A stretch of 63,559 nucleotides of DNA, filler included, from Octopus bimaculoides (taxonomy: Eukaryota), in assembly GCF_001194135.2 (NCBI RefSeq). It is 8 parts of 7 records of this genome, joined end to end, with 100 filler letters (N's around TTAATTAATTAA, not from the genome) between each part and the next. Parts side by side here need not be neighbours in the genome. Positions count along the whole stretch, not along the records: positions 48,392 to 54,532 come from NC_069004.1; positions 54,633 to 60,898 come from NC_068981.1; positions 60,999 to 62,356 come from NW_026393027.1; positions 62,457 to 63,559 come from NC_068987.1; 4 more parts are not named here. One strand, 5' to 3'. Each line of letters begins with the position of its first letter. Within the stretch, counting starts at the first letter, position 1. The notes under the pieces were generated by a model. That model searched no databases. It saw only the letters and a program-made list of their open reading frames with translations, and was not told where the DNA came from. Position numbers and translations under genes: made by a program. Below are positions 51,381 to 63,559 of the stretch, one piece after another.

Positions 51381-51762
51381 ATAAGGAAAATAGGACAAGG
51401 TAGAAAATGCTAATGTAATTTTATCATCAAGAACATTTTAGTACCCGTTTCGGTCTTTGCGACCTTTTCAACTTAGAGTAAAGCATGAAAAACTATTGAA
51501 TTGTGGAAAAATTAAATAAAATAGTTTTTTAAAAATATTTCCATAGTTTTCAAATACAAGGGACATTTTCCTTTTTTTCTGTCCCTTGTATTTGAAAACT
51601 ATGGAAAAATTTTAAAAAACCATTTCATTTAATTTTTCCACAATTCAATAGTTTTTCATGCTTTACTCTAAGTTGAAAAGGTCGCAAAACTGAAACCGGT
51701 ACTAAAATGTTCTTCATAATAAAATTATTTTAGCATTTTCTACCTTGTCTTATTTTCCTTAT
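51381..51762. repeat. Long palindrome (~185-bp arms, 14-nt spacer) in TA-rich microsatellite
   Basis: 51381-51565 vs 51580-51762, near-perfect reverse complements. Confidence 0.92.
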
Positions 51763-51778
51763 ATATATNNNNNNNNNN

Positions 51779-51854
<76 letters not shown>

Positions 51855-52006
51855 TTACTTACACACACACAATTATGTGTCTAAATATCCATAGACATTC
51901 GGCTAATAAATTATATATACAAACGGACGCGTTACAGACATTTCCGCCTGTTGCGTTGAGGCTTAATTTAATTATTTAGAGATAGATAGACAGACAGACA
52001 AATAGT

Positions 52007-52051
<45 letters not shown>

Positions 52052-52504
52052 GGATAGATAGATATAGAGAGAGGGAGGGAGAGAGAGAAAATATTGAACC
52101 AAAGCCATGGAAAAGGCATAGAGGCTGGGTTGTGGTAATTTTAAGTTGATCTGACTGTCTAGTCATTAAGCATTAAGCAGATTTCACTTGTATTTAGTCA
52201 TTTTTTTCACCTTTTGATTCCCCATGCTTCACTGTCTGTCCGCTGACAATTCTTATTTTTTGTAATTGGAGTTAATCTACAATCACAACATACATACGTC
52301 CATCCATATAAACTGACACGCACACACACACATTGGTACATACACCCTGTAATACCATGTATTGAGATGTACACGATATAGGGAAATGCATTGTTATGCA
52401 AGCTCATTCATACGCACAGACACTCATATTCTGGCCTGTATATTTTTATTCAATGGCTCATGGTTATATATGTATGTAAGCTTATATATACAACATGCCG
52501 TGAT

Positions 52505-53175
52505 AGGTGCAGGCGTGGTTTGCTTTCCAGCCATGTAGTTCGGGGTTCAGTCCCACTGCGTGGCACTTGGGCAAGTGTCTTCTGCTATAGCTTCGGGCCG
52601 AGCAAAGCCTTGTGAGTGGATTTGATAGACGGAAACGGAAAGAAGCGGCGAGTTAAAAGGCAGCGAGCTGGCAGAAACGTTAGTTCGGCGGGCGAAATGC
52701 TTAGCAGTATTTCGTCTGCCGTTACGTTCTGAGTTCAAATTCCGCCGAGGTCAACTTTGCATTCATCCTTTCGGGTTCGATAAATTAAGTGCCAGTTACG
52801 CACTGGGGTCGATGCAATCGACTTAATCCCTTTGTCTGTCCTTCTTTGTCCCCTCTATGTTTAGCACCTTGTGGGCAATAAAGAAATAAGGAAACTGTAT
52901 GAAGCTCGTCGCATATATGTATATTTATATGTGTGTGTGTGCTTTGTGTTTGTGTTTGTGTTTGTACGCCCCCACCGCTTGACAACTGGCCCTGGTGTGT
53001 TTACGTCTCTGTAAACTAGCAGCTCGGTGAAAGAGACCGATAGAATAAGTACCAGGCTTTTGAAAATTAAGTACTGGGGTCGATTCATTCAACTAAAAAT
53101 CCTTCAAGGCGGTGCTCCAGCACGGCCTGATTCTAATGACTGAAACAAGTAAAAGAAAAAATAATAAAAGGAGAA
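52505..53175 (+). mobile_element. SINE family B with a nested family C copy (about 52650-52890)
   Basis: B head and body end at GGAAACGGAAAGAAGC; C copy follows; B resumes at GGAAACTGTATGAAGC (diverged TSD-like duplication). Confidence 0.8.
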
Positions 53176-53409
53176 AAAGAGAAATCAGTTGATATTTCCA
53201 CTTGTGTACATTGACAGACTCATTCTCGTCCACATAGATAGATTCCCTCTTCGACACGTACTGATACCTTAAGATATTATTTGTTATTGTGTCATACACA
53301 ATGAAGGTGATTCAATGTGGTAAATCTAAAATAATTACAATGATTAGAGTCATAACGATGATAGTGATAATTAAAATGAAACATGTAATTAAGCTGGGAA
53401 GAGTTTGCA

Positions 53410-53535
53410 TACATCCTAAAGGATGAACGGGTGAAGTCAGCCTCTGCGGAATTTGAACTCAGAACGTAAAGAGCGACGAAATGCCGCGGAGCATTTTGCC
53501 TGGCTCGCTAACAATTCTGCCAACTCATCGCCTTA
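53410..53535 (-). mobile_element. SINE family C, 5' part
   Basis: GCGGAATTTGAACTCAGAACGTAAAG...GACGAAATGCCGC. Confidence 0.75.
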
Positions 53536-54494
53536 GTGAGCAGCTGTAATACTAGGTAATGTCATGGACTGAGGCGAAGGGTGAGGGCAGATTGGTGAGC
53601 GTCGAGGGCAAAATATTACGCATGTTGAGGATTAATCATGTGGAGAGGGAGATGGAGGAATCTCGATGACAAAGGAGGAAAATGGGAGGAGAAAACCGAA
53701 GGAAAGAAAGGAAGTAGAAAAGGAAGAGGGAAAAAGGACGAAGAGGAGTAAACGACAACGATGTGAATGGCTATGACGACGATGACTGCCACGACAAAGA
53801 AAAAGAAGGCGGAGGAGCAGAAAAGAGAAGAAAAGAAGGAGAAGAAGAAGAAGGAGGAGGAGGAGGAGGAGGAGGAGGAGAAGGAAAAGAAAACGACGAC
53901 GAAAGAGCCGCTAATATGCGTCAGTTCAAAACTGGACCACAAGTGCACCTTAAATGTTCCCGTAATGTCCACCATTCCGAAAGAAAGCCCTCCCCACTAT
54001 CGATCTGGTAAAGATGATCCCTAAGACCCATTACATTGCCTACCTCGTTTGCTTTCCTGTTTTTTTTTTCTGGCCTTCTTCATGGTGTCCCCTATTGAGT
54101 TCCGAAATAACGCGATCCAGCCTTATTTGTTAATATATGAAAAACTATGGAAGGTTTCGTTTTGACTGCTCACCGTCATCTCGTGTGACTTGACCGTTCT
54201 TTTGATCTGTCCTCCTACACAGAAACACTGAATCCCAATCACTAGACAGATGTTATAGATATCGATTAGAAATACATTATCGGAACAGAGGTCAGAAAAA
54301 TCAGTGAAATAGATATATAGATACTGTATATTAGGGGACGTTGACGAGATGTACGTAATAAGTACGTACATATACATATAGATATAGGTATGTACGTATG
54401 TACGCACGTACTTACGTACGTGTGTATGAGTGTATGTTTTCCTGCAATATACACATTTCATATATCATATTTTATATGCATCTCTCCCCCCCCC

Positions 54495-54532
<38 letters not shown>

Positions 54533-54632
54533 NNNNNNNNNNNNNNNNNNNNNNNNNNNNNNNNNNNNNNNNNNNNTTAATTAATTAANNNNNNNNNNNN
54601 NNNNNNNNNNNNNNNNNNNNNNNNNNNNNNNN

Positions 54633-54668
<36 letters not shown>

Positions 54669-55207
54669 TGTGTATGTCCTGTTCAGCGCACTCGAATCAC
54701 ATTGATTAGGTTCGCACCCGATGTTGATTTAATGTCCTGCTTTCGATGACCGCGCGCGTGCATGATGTATGTATATAGAAGGGTTGTAACATTTCTAGAA
54801 TATCAGCTACCAACCCAACTTCACGAAATTTTATTTATCTCTTTCTGTGTGTCTATTTCTCTTTCTCTCTACCATCTTCTCAGCATGGTTCGTTCTCACA
54901 GAATTTGCATCTTCTCAGCATGCGCCCACACGCTTACACACGTGTGTACTACACCCACAAATAACACCACCATCACCAGAGACACATAAACCGCTCCATC
55001 AACTGCAGACACAACTACAACCACTATCGTCGTCGCAGTTCCATCGCCGGCCAAAGTTTTATTTTCTAGGTTAACAGTTACGTGATCCTATGTTTATATA
55101 TATATGAGTATGCATTATGCTGGCATGTGTGCCTGTGCAGATGTGGATGCATGTATAAATGTGTGTGTGTGTGTATGTGTGTGTGTGTGTGTCTGTGTGT
55201 ATAACAG

Positions 55208-55500
55208 GCACACCATCGGTAACGACAACGAAGGTTCCAGTGGATCCAATCAAAGGAAGAGCCTCTCGTGAAATTAACATGCAAGTGGCTGAGAACTCCA
55301 CAGACGCGTGTACCATTAACATAGTTCTCAAGGAGATTCAACGTGACACAGAATGTGATAAAGCTAGCCTACTAGTCAGGTACTTCTCATTTTTGCCAGC
55401 TGAGTGGACTGGGCAACTCCAAATATTGTGTCTTGTTGAAGGACACAACGCGTCGCTGGGAATTGAACTCGCAATCATTAACCGAATGCCTTAACCACTA
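55208..55500 (-). mobile_element. SINE family A
   Basis: Homologous to 37605-37915. Confidence 0.8.
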
Positions 55501-55959
55501 AGAAACATAAAAAGAAACATGTAACAGTTGACAATGGTTTACAATGTCAAAACGTGCATCATAATTCTGAATATAGCAAGATCATTTTTTGCAAGATCAT
55601 TTGTCTTTGCTGTTTACTGTAGCATAAAAGGAGAATTATACATATGCACGCGCGCGCATACTCACGCACACACATATATTGCAATAAGAATGTTGATAAA
55701 CTTTCGAGAGAACGTGAAATAATTCTATCTTTTGGAATTGCGAACCTCACATAAAGCCGTAAAAGATAGTACTAAAGCAATCCTTCAAAATTTTGTCTAT
55801 ATTAGAAACTTTATTCTGACTTTCTACGAGCAGCTTCGACTTTTTCTAACCAAAAGGTTTTTCAATCCAATATTTACATACTATTATTCAGAGTCTTATG
55901 TGATGTACCTTGAGATTCTCAAAAGAATATGTATGAGTTTGTATTAAATTTTAACAATT

Positions 55960-56138
55960 TTGCAGTTTTACAATATTGAAATGAACTAGTACTTTCATGC
56001 GTTACGCAATCATAATGTTTATGCAGTGACAGTCGCGTTCCACAACTCATAAGTGTGGAACATGACTGCTACTACATAAACTTGATGATTGCGTGACGCA
56101 TGAAAGAATTAGTTTATCTCAATATTGTAAAATTGTAA
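55960..56138. repeat. Hairpin with 85-bp arms and 9-nt loop
   Basis: 55960-56044 pairs without indels with 56054-56138. Confidence 0.85.
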
Positions 56139-56189
56139 TTATTACAAATGATAAAACGTGAAAATCACACTAAGTTGGAATTTCATCCA

Positions 56190-56258
<69 letters not shown>

Positions 56259-56399
56259 ACATATCTATCTATCTATCTATCTATCAAGTTTCACTGTGTA
56301 GCAGATTCTTTATATCAACAATTCCGTTTTTTCTGTGTATCTTCAAATCATAGTCCATTGAAAATCCCATAAGATATCGCTGACTCTCACTACCAAAAG

Positions 56400-57000
56400 C
56401 AATTTACTTAGACCAAGATCATCGCATGTTTTAAGAAGCATAATGCAGTAAGCTTTCGCCAGCGTAACCGTCTGTCGCAATTCTTTCCTCTCCTGTCCAA
56501 CTGTTCCTAGTTAATTTCATGTATTCATAAAATGTTTGGTATTAGGTGTTCTTTGACCAGCCCTGTTTTTGATTTCCTTTTTCCAGGGTCCATGTCATTG
56601 TAGGTTGTGTATGTCAAGTAGATGCAAATTAAAACCTGCTTGACAGCGCTGCGATTTTTTACAATGACTGGAATTTGCTTCACAGGAGGTGCGTTGTTGC
56701 ATTAATTTGTATCACCTTGGTCTTTATGCAGCTAATTTTTAACCCGATATTTCCTTCTCGTCCTTAAAGTTTGGTAATCGTTTTCTGCTGGCAGAACGAT
56801 GACATCGGCAAAGCCATGGCACAAACGCCTCGAGAAAGTTCGAGAAATTAAATGGGTAGCCACCTCTTCTGAATATGTGAATTTCTCATAACATATTTCA
56901 TTGGGATTTAATTGCTCACATTGATTAGTCCGTAATACGCACAATTTTATCCTATTCACCTGAAGATTCGTGGCTGAAGTTGGCTGTAGGAACCTTACCA
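56400..57000 (-). mobile_element. RTE-clade LINE RT fragment
   Basis: HGFADVIVL (FADD motif), IGLKISCIKTKVI, LEKEIKNR. Confidence 0.65.
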
Positions 57001-58144
57001 TTTCACCGTATGATTATATCATGTTGCAATGAAATTAATTCTTTTTTTTTTTCTTTTTACCAAAATATGGTTTAGATTTTGCTATGTTTCGGATGGTAAT
57101 TTTGTTATTTATTCATTTATTTATTGACCTTCCCGAAATATAACAGTACCTGTTTCAACGATTTTACATCAGGAATCTTGCAAAACAAAAAGATTCATAA
57201 ATGTAATGGTTTACATTGATTTTGTATCATATTCATTTATTCACTAAAACCGCGCAACTTCAAAAATCTATTTGCATGTTTTTTTCAATTTTTTTAAACA
57301 CCTCGGAATTTTATGATACCTACTAATTTTCAGATTTTATTGACGTTCATGATCAAATCTCACTTTATTTCCAAGACAAAATTTTCGGCATTAACTTTTA
57401 AACGATCTATTATTTTGATCTTTAAATCATTCACAGTACATTTTACTTCAAACATTATATAAGTTCTTATATAATCAGCGGAATAATAGGATCAAAGAAA
57501 AGCGATTATCTGGTTTAACTATATACTGGCGTCTTAATGCCAAAACTTTTTTCTTTGCCGTTTACCTTCCAATCCCAGGAGGATCTGTGCTCAACGAAAA
57601 CCGAAATTTATCGCAATATACTTACCATTAACAACAATGAAATATGTTTTCACAACATTTATTCTTACAATGGTGAAAGAAGAATTAGTATTTTATCAAA
57701 GCTGATGTGGATCTCGTTAGCAGCTTAAATGACGTTAACATTAAATATTTTGATGCCTGATAATGTCAGACGCAGTCAGATATCATAATAGTGCCTGAAT
57801 TATATACAGAATTAACTGCTATCGTTATTTATTACCAAATCATACCCAACGTAGCACATCTACGATCAAAGGCATCCCAGCTGTGACCATCCCGTTATTA
57901 TTTTTTTCCTATTTGTCTAATTTTGAATAAATTAGTGTGAGGCTTGAAGGATATTTTAGCTGCTATTTCTGGCAAATTTAATTGCATTATTTATTTCTTT
58001 TAGAGAAATGCATCAGCCTTGAAACTAATTGTGTATTTTTTCTTCCATTGTTAGGTTTCTCAGATGTATTTATTGAAAAGTTTAGGGATGAAAGTACACA
58101 TCGTTTTAGTCGGGCTGATATTGCTGGATGATGATGAGGTAAGT

Positions 58145-58145
58145 G

Positions 58146-58235
<90 letters not shown>
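58145..58235. repeat. Compound (CTA)n/(ATA)n microsatellite
   Basis: Direct reading. Confidence 0.95.
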
Positions 58236-58239
58236 CCTT

Positions 58240-58405
58240 TCTCCTATAGGCACAAGGGCAGAAATATTGACGGGAAGATTAATTAAATCCACTGACTTGT
58301 CAATTTTATTGATCCTGACAAAGTTCACCTGACAGGAATTGAACTTAGAATGTAATAAAGCAACAATAAGTTTTTTTTCCAGCGCTCTAATAATTCTGCC
58401 AGCTC
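58240..58405 (-). mobile_element. SINE family C, degenerate
   Basis: TCCTTTCTCCTATAGGCACAAGG...GGAATTGAACTTAGAATGTAA...CTGCCAGCT. Confidence 0.65.
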
Positions 58406-58634
58406 CCCGACTTAATAAAAATAACAACAACAACAACAATAACAATAAACACAATAACAACAACCAAATACGTTGTGTTTGAAAAGCATTGTAATTTGCA
58501 TCGAGTAAAAAAAGAAAAATCTATAAATAACTATATAATGTTATTAAGAAAAGTTCCTTAGGAGCAGAAGCACTTAGTGTAATTCAGAAGGAAAACCCCG
58601 TTGAAAATCTAAAATTACTCTGCTTCATCTAAAC

Positions 58635-58884
58635 CAATGTTTCTCAACCAGGGTCCATACGGCCCTTGGGGATCCTCATTAGATTTTGTTGTTATGATTT
58701 ATGTGCAATAAACTGGCTATATTTCTAAAATGCACAATATTCAACAATCTTTTTTATACAATTCCAATTAATATTTAATTATAAAAATAGATGATATTTT
58801 TAGCATCAAATGACTGTAGGGGATCCCATAGAGTAATATGAGAACCAAAGGGGTCAACAGGTAAAAAATGGTTGAGAAACACTG
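58635..58884. mobile_element. hAT (Charlie-like) MITE, second copy
   Basis: TIRs CAATGTTTCTCAACC / GGTTGAGAAACACTG; exact 8-bp TSD ATCTAAAC at 58627-58634 and 58885-58892; 250 bp; homologous to 4628-4875. Confidence 0.92.
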
Positions 58885-60179
58885 ATCTAAACCGTCAACA
58901 GTGTACTCTCCCAGTTTCTTGCCTCTCGTATTTACAATTGCATAATCAAAATATTATCAGTCTCAACCCATCCTTTTTCAAACACATTGCTAGATAGCAC
59001 ATTCTTTTGCCCTCATACCGTCCTTCCAAATGAAGCTTGTAAAAACCCGAGACGACTCATCGTCCTCAAACCTTTACCCTGTATCCAACATACAGCTACT
59101 TCACCGTAGCCACCAAGCCAGGTTAGCCACCTTTTCTTACAAATGAAAAGCACGAGTCGATCTTCACCACAATCTCAGCAGGTCGTTTCTTCACGCAATA
59201 GCTACTGTCAGACATGCATGGGCAATGAACTGTGGTGAAGGATATTTTTATTGCCCTGAATGCAACAGGTTAGGTTACGGGCACTTCTGTGCCCATATAG
59301 TTTGTACTAAATAAATAACGACACTCTAAGCACAGCCAGGCCAAAGGCTTTTGGAAATCGCCCATTATTCTCGAGATGAAAGTACTTTTGCAGAAACTAT
59401 TAGTCCATACTCTCACTAAACCTCTGCAGGATTCAAGCATTCAATTTCTGCCGAATGTATTGATAAGTAACTGCTCGGACTGCGCTTGATAGAGATGTAC
59501 TGTTTAGCGCAGTAAGTAAGGTGGCCACATCTGTTCGTTGCCTTCAACGTCCTTGCGATGATGCGTTAGCCTCTGCGCGTACCTACACTTCATTGGCAGC
59601 AGAAACTCTGACAGAGATGTACTTCTTGACGAGAGAAATCTCCAACAAGCAGCGATAAAAAATTCACCTCAGCGGTAAATAATCATAATTCAAATTGTTA
59701 TTGATTTGCCTTAAAGAGGAAGAATGTGGACGTTGCAAAGATGTGAAGCAAGCACAGATATTTTTTTTAATGTAGAAAGGTGTAGAATATGACTTTACTG
59801 AATGAAGCCAAAATCTCTCTAAATATCTCCTAAAATCTACTGAATGAAAATCTACTAAAATAAAATAAATCGATAACGTAATAACCGGCACTCAGCCTTG
59901 AATTCATTGGTCTGTTTTTGTGCATAAGTTTCAGCTGAAGATTAAAACTAGAATATTTGAACTCAGAATTCTTAAAAATATATCTATATACTGTATGATT
60001 GTATACTGTATGAGTTTAACGTTGACAGATGACTATAACATGTATTGGAGGTTATTAGAGACTAAATGTGACTCAACACTTTATTTTACAGAAAGGTAAA
60101 ATCTGAAATAGGAATATACAGAGCCTAAACCACATACTGTAATCACCTAGAATGTTATGGTTCGTATTTTGTCAGTGAG

Positions 60180-60640
60180 CCGGTTATCACTTTCATTTGC
60201 ATATATCTATGTCCTGACTTTAAACTATAATGGAGTCCTGGTCCGGGAGTTCACTGGTTTTGAAGAGTGTGGAACTACCTCTTAACCACCAGTGTTCCCA
60301 GCTCTATTCTAACCAGGAGTAGTATTACTCGTCAGGGTTCCAGCTATGGGTCAGTTAGCATATCAAAGTTTGCTTACTAGTGCATGTGAAGACTGGATCC
60401 GGCAGACTCTGCGGAAGAAACCTTCAACGGAGAGGAAGGTGTCTCTAGGAACGATTTGCATAGAACAAGCTGAGGCAAGTAAGACACCTCAGTCATCCAC
60501 TGCATCCGTCTACATCCCAGCCGTCTTGACTTGGTCTTGCCTTTCGATTGAAGATGGTCACTGACGAAAAAGTGAAGTTGATGGGGCGAAACTCTCACTT
60601 TTAACAAAGACATCGCGCAAGTCATCGGTCATCCAATGGA
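60180..60640 (+). mobile_element. Probable RTE-clade LINE 5' UTR
   Basis: CAGACTCTGCGGAAGAAACCTTCAACGGAG...CCTCAGTCATCC...CATCCCAGCCG resembles RTE 5' leaders; recognition only. Confidence 0.45.
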
Positions 60641-61064
60641 TGAACATGTTGATATATGTATGTATGTTATCAAACAGTTTCATTTCTGTATTTCTTGTCC
60701 ATAGAGAAAGAGCCGGACTCTAACATAGATTCAAGGCTCCTTCATTGGAACTTTTATCAACATCATCTAGGTATTTGTGCATATGTGTGTGTGTGCAGTA
60801 TTTGGTGTTAGTGTATGCGCAGATTTGTATGTTTGTTTTATGGATGCGTTTTTATGTCTAGATGCATGCATATGTATTTATGTGCTAAATTTTTGGAANN
60901 NNNNNNNNNNNNNNNNNNNNNNNNNNNNNNNNNNNNNNNNNNTTAATTAATTAANNNNNNNNNNNNNNNNNNNNNNNNNNNNNNNNNNNNNNNNNNNNTG
61001 GTAAGCAAGCTACTTACCACACAGCCACTCCTACGCCATATATATATAAATATATATATATATA

Positions 61065-61899
61065 TAATGTGGTACCCTGGAGAAATTGGAATTTTGCAAT
61101 ATTATTTTATTTGCTTAGCTTAGCATGTTTACACTTTTACTACCTTCAAAATATTCTCCATTCGAAACAATGTCTCGGTCCAGGCGCATTTTCTACTGTT
61201 CGAAGCAGTGCCAGAACTCTTGCGAGGTGATGCCCTTTAACGCCTTCGTCACTTCCACATCTGCAAATTCCATTCCACCAGCTCTCGTCACCAGTAGTGA
61301 CCTTCGAAAATGAAGTCCAGATCAACTCCCAACGGTTCATTCGGTTCACGATAGACATTCAGTCGTGACTGCTTTTGATCTTCCGTGAGTAAGTGAAGTA
61401 CAAATTTTGATGCAATTCTTTTCATTCGCAATTCCTCGTTCAAACTCCAGGACACACCAGTCAGACCAGCAAGTTGGACAATTTTTCGGTGACAGTCCCC
61501 CAAAGACCTGTTTATGAATTTTAATGATGTTTTCATTCGTTGATGAGGTCGTCGGTCGTTCTGAACGAGGTTGTGACCATTCCTAAAGCATGGAAACCAC
61601 TCGTAAACTTGTGTTTTGCTTATGGCAGCATCCTTGTAAGCTGTTTCAAGCATGACAACTATTTTGGTCGCTGTTTTCCACAGCAGAGAAAAAGAATTTC
61701 TCGGCAGAACGCTGCTCCTTTGTTTCATCTGTCGCAAAAATCGATGACCATGAAAGAAGCACTGCAAAACAAACTGACAACGCCGATTGGTCGACTGATT
61801 CCTGAGGCTCGCTTCAAATGGCTTCCAGCAACGGAAGCCTGAGCAACAACGGGTTTGTCCCACAGAGATCGTTTCCGGTTATTTTTGGGCACCCCGTCG
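61065..61899 (-). mobile_element. Internally deleted mariner element
   Basis: AYKDAAISKTQVYEWF; MKRIASKFVLHLLTEDQK; VTTGDESW joined to C-terminal FADVEVTKALKGI...NGEYFEG; TA flanks; left TIR poorly conserved. Confidence 0.85.
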
Positions 61900-61929
61900 T
61901 ATATATATATATATATACACACACACACA

Positions 61930-62328
61930 TATTTTCCTATTCTTTTACACGTTTCAGCTATTTGACTACAGCCATGCTGAAGCACCGGATTTAAGCGTTT
62001 AGTCGAAGAAATCGACTCCAGGACTTATTCTTTGTAAGCCTACTAATATTCTAGCGGTCTTTTTTGCCGAGCTGCTAAGTTACGGGGTATAAACACGTCA
62101 ACATCGGTTGTCAAGTGATGGTGTGGCAGGGACAAACACAGATGCAAACACACAAAATGCGTACACATATATACACGACAAGCTTCTTTCAGTTTCCATC
62201 TATCAAATCCACTCACAATGCTATGGTCGGCCTAAGCTATAGTAGAAGACAATTGCCCAAGGTGCCACGCAGTGAGTCTGAACCCGATACAATGGGGTTG
62301 TGAAATAAGGTTCTTACCACACAGCCAA
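61930..62328 (-). mobile_element. SINE family B
   Basis: Homologous to 38850-39262. Confidence 0.85.
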
Positions 62329-63444
62329 GTATATATATATATATATATATATATATNNNNNNNNNNNNNNNNNNNNNNNNNNNNNNNNNNNNNNNNNNNN
62401 TTAATTAATTAANNNNNNNNNNNNNNNNNNNNNNNNNNNNNNNNNNNNNNNNNNNNTATATATATATATATATATATATATTTCAAGGTTTTAAATATTT
62501 ATATTTAAAAGAGATAGAGACTTCAAAATCGATATATCCGAATTCCATTTATTTACCATCCTATGTCAACATTTCTGTGCCTAAACCCATCCAGCGACTG
62601 ATCCATTGGATGTCTGACGTTTAGCACTTCCTCAGGAATTGTTTACATCAGAATAAATTACGAAAAAACACACAAATAACGATCATAATAAATTATTAAA
62701 TTATTAAGAGTTCGTTAAGGTCCGCCATATTTAGTTCATGTTATAGAGAGGAGGTAACTCCTTAATTTTTTCTATTGTTACTGCTCTCCTGTGAATATCT
62801 ACTATATTAATTTCTTTAATTTAATTTTATTTATTTATTTATTTATTTAGTTATTAACTTGGTTATTAATTTCTTTTTTAGTATATTAATTTATTTTAAA
62901 TTTCTATCAATTATTCCCTATATGTAGACTATTTTTGTTGCCCGTAGAGGGTTCTCAAGTCTATTATTCCATTTTATATTATTATTAGGTCTCCTTAGTC
63001 AGTTAAGAGAGATCTGTCCAGCCATCAATCCTCCTGGGAATCATTACAAGCTCCTTTACTAGAAAATTCAGTAAGATTTCGGTATGTTATCATTCTATGC
63101 TATTATCCTTCTTTTCTATGGGTTTCATACTAAGGCTTGAGCCTCATCTCTCCCTACTAAAAGCTTAGTTATTAATTTTATTCTCAGTTCTTACTTTAAT
63201 TTCATATCTACCCTTAATATGGTAGAGTCACGTAGTTACATTGTATTTGGGAATCAAACAATTGTTTGTGTTGTACTGTACTATATTACCCTCTCCTGTC
63301 ATCTTATTCATTTAATCAATATTGATTTGTTCCTAGGTCTAGATAGCAAACTTCCCAGCCGCCGTTCCATACTTATTACAATTCTTTCTATATGCTCTTC
63401 TCTTATCATTACTATTGTGTGTGCTCACCAACTCTTCTCTTAGT

Positions 63445-63559
63445 ATTATTATTGTTATTGTTATTGTTATTGTTATTGTTCTTCTTGTTATTATTGTTGT
63501 TATTATTATTATTATTATTACTACTATTACTATTATTATTATTATTATTATTATTATTA
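63445..63559. repeat. (ATT)n-rich compound microsatellite
   Basis: Direct reading. Confidence 0.9.

Noticed and set aside
53763-54024. Lys/Glu- and Gly-rich ORFs
   Set aside because: Derived from GAA/GAG repeats; overlapping frames are equally open; no recognisable domain.
58900-59660. Possible RTE 3' remnant (LEGRYEGKR on minus)
   Set aside because: One motif only and conflicting strand signals.
60200-60360. Possible HDV-like ribozyme in the RTE 5' leader
   Set aside because: Several nested helices are visible, but I could not assign P1 with its G-U start, P1.1 or the catalytic C.
62480-63250. AT-rich block considered as NUMT or LINE tail
   Set aside because: No mitochondrial gene or LINE motif recognised in any frame.

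Overview
AT-rich, repeat-dominated eukaryotic scaffold with no host protein-coding gene I can support. The SINE families and the dense (TA)n, (CA)n, (ATAC)n and (AAT)n arrays look like Octopus or another coleoid cephalopod; this is pattern recognition, not a database result. Seven 100-bp gaps (44 N + TTAATTAATTAA + 44 N) are artificial linkers, so the window is at least eight joined pieces, and ORFs spanning N-runs or microsatellites are spurious. Content: many tRNA-headed SINEs; decayed non-LTR retrotransposons (RLE-type R4/Dong-like, L1/Tx1-like, RTE, CR1/L2-like); Penelope-like remnants; Tc1/mariner elements including an end-to-end DD37D copy; two hAT MITEs with 8-bp TSDs; a canonical non-autonomous Helitron splitting a LINE; and several long foldbacks. 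The most notable signal is a near-perfect type I hammerhead ribozyme (38277-38327, minus) beside a Penelope RT remnant. Three more degenerate hammerhead-like motifs occur, two of them with a compensatory U3-A8 core inside a ~380-bp palindrome. I have not shown that any of these is undescribed.
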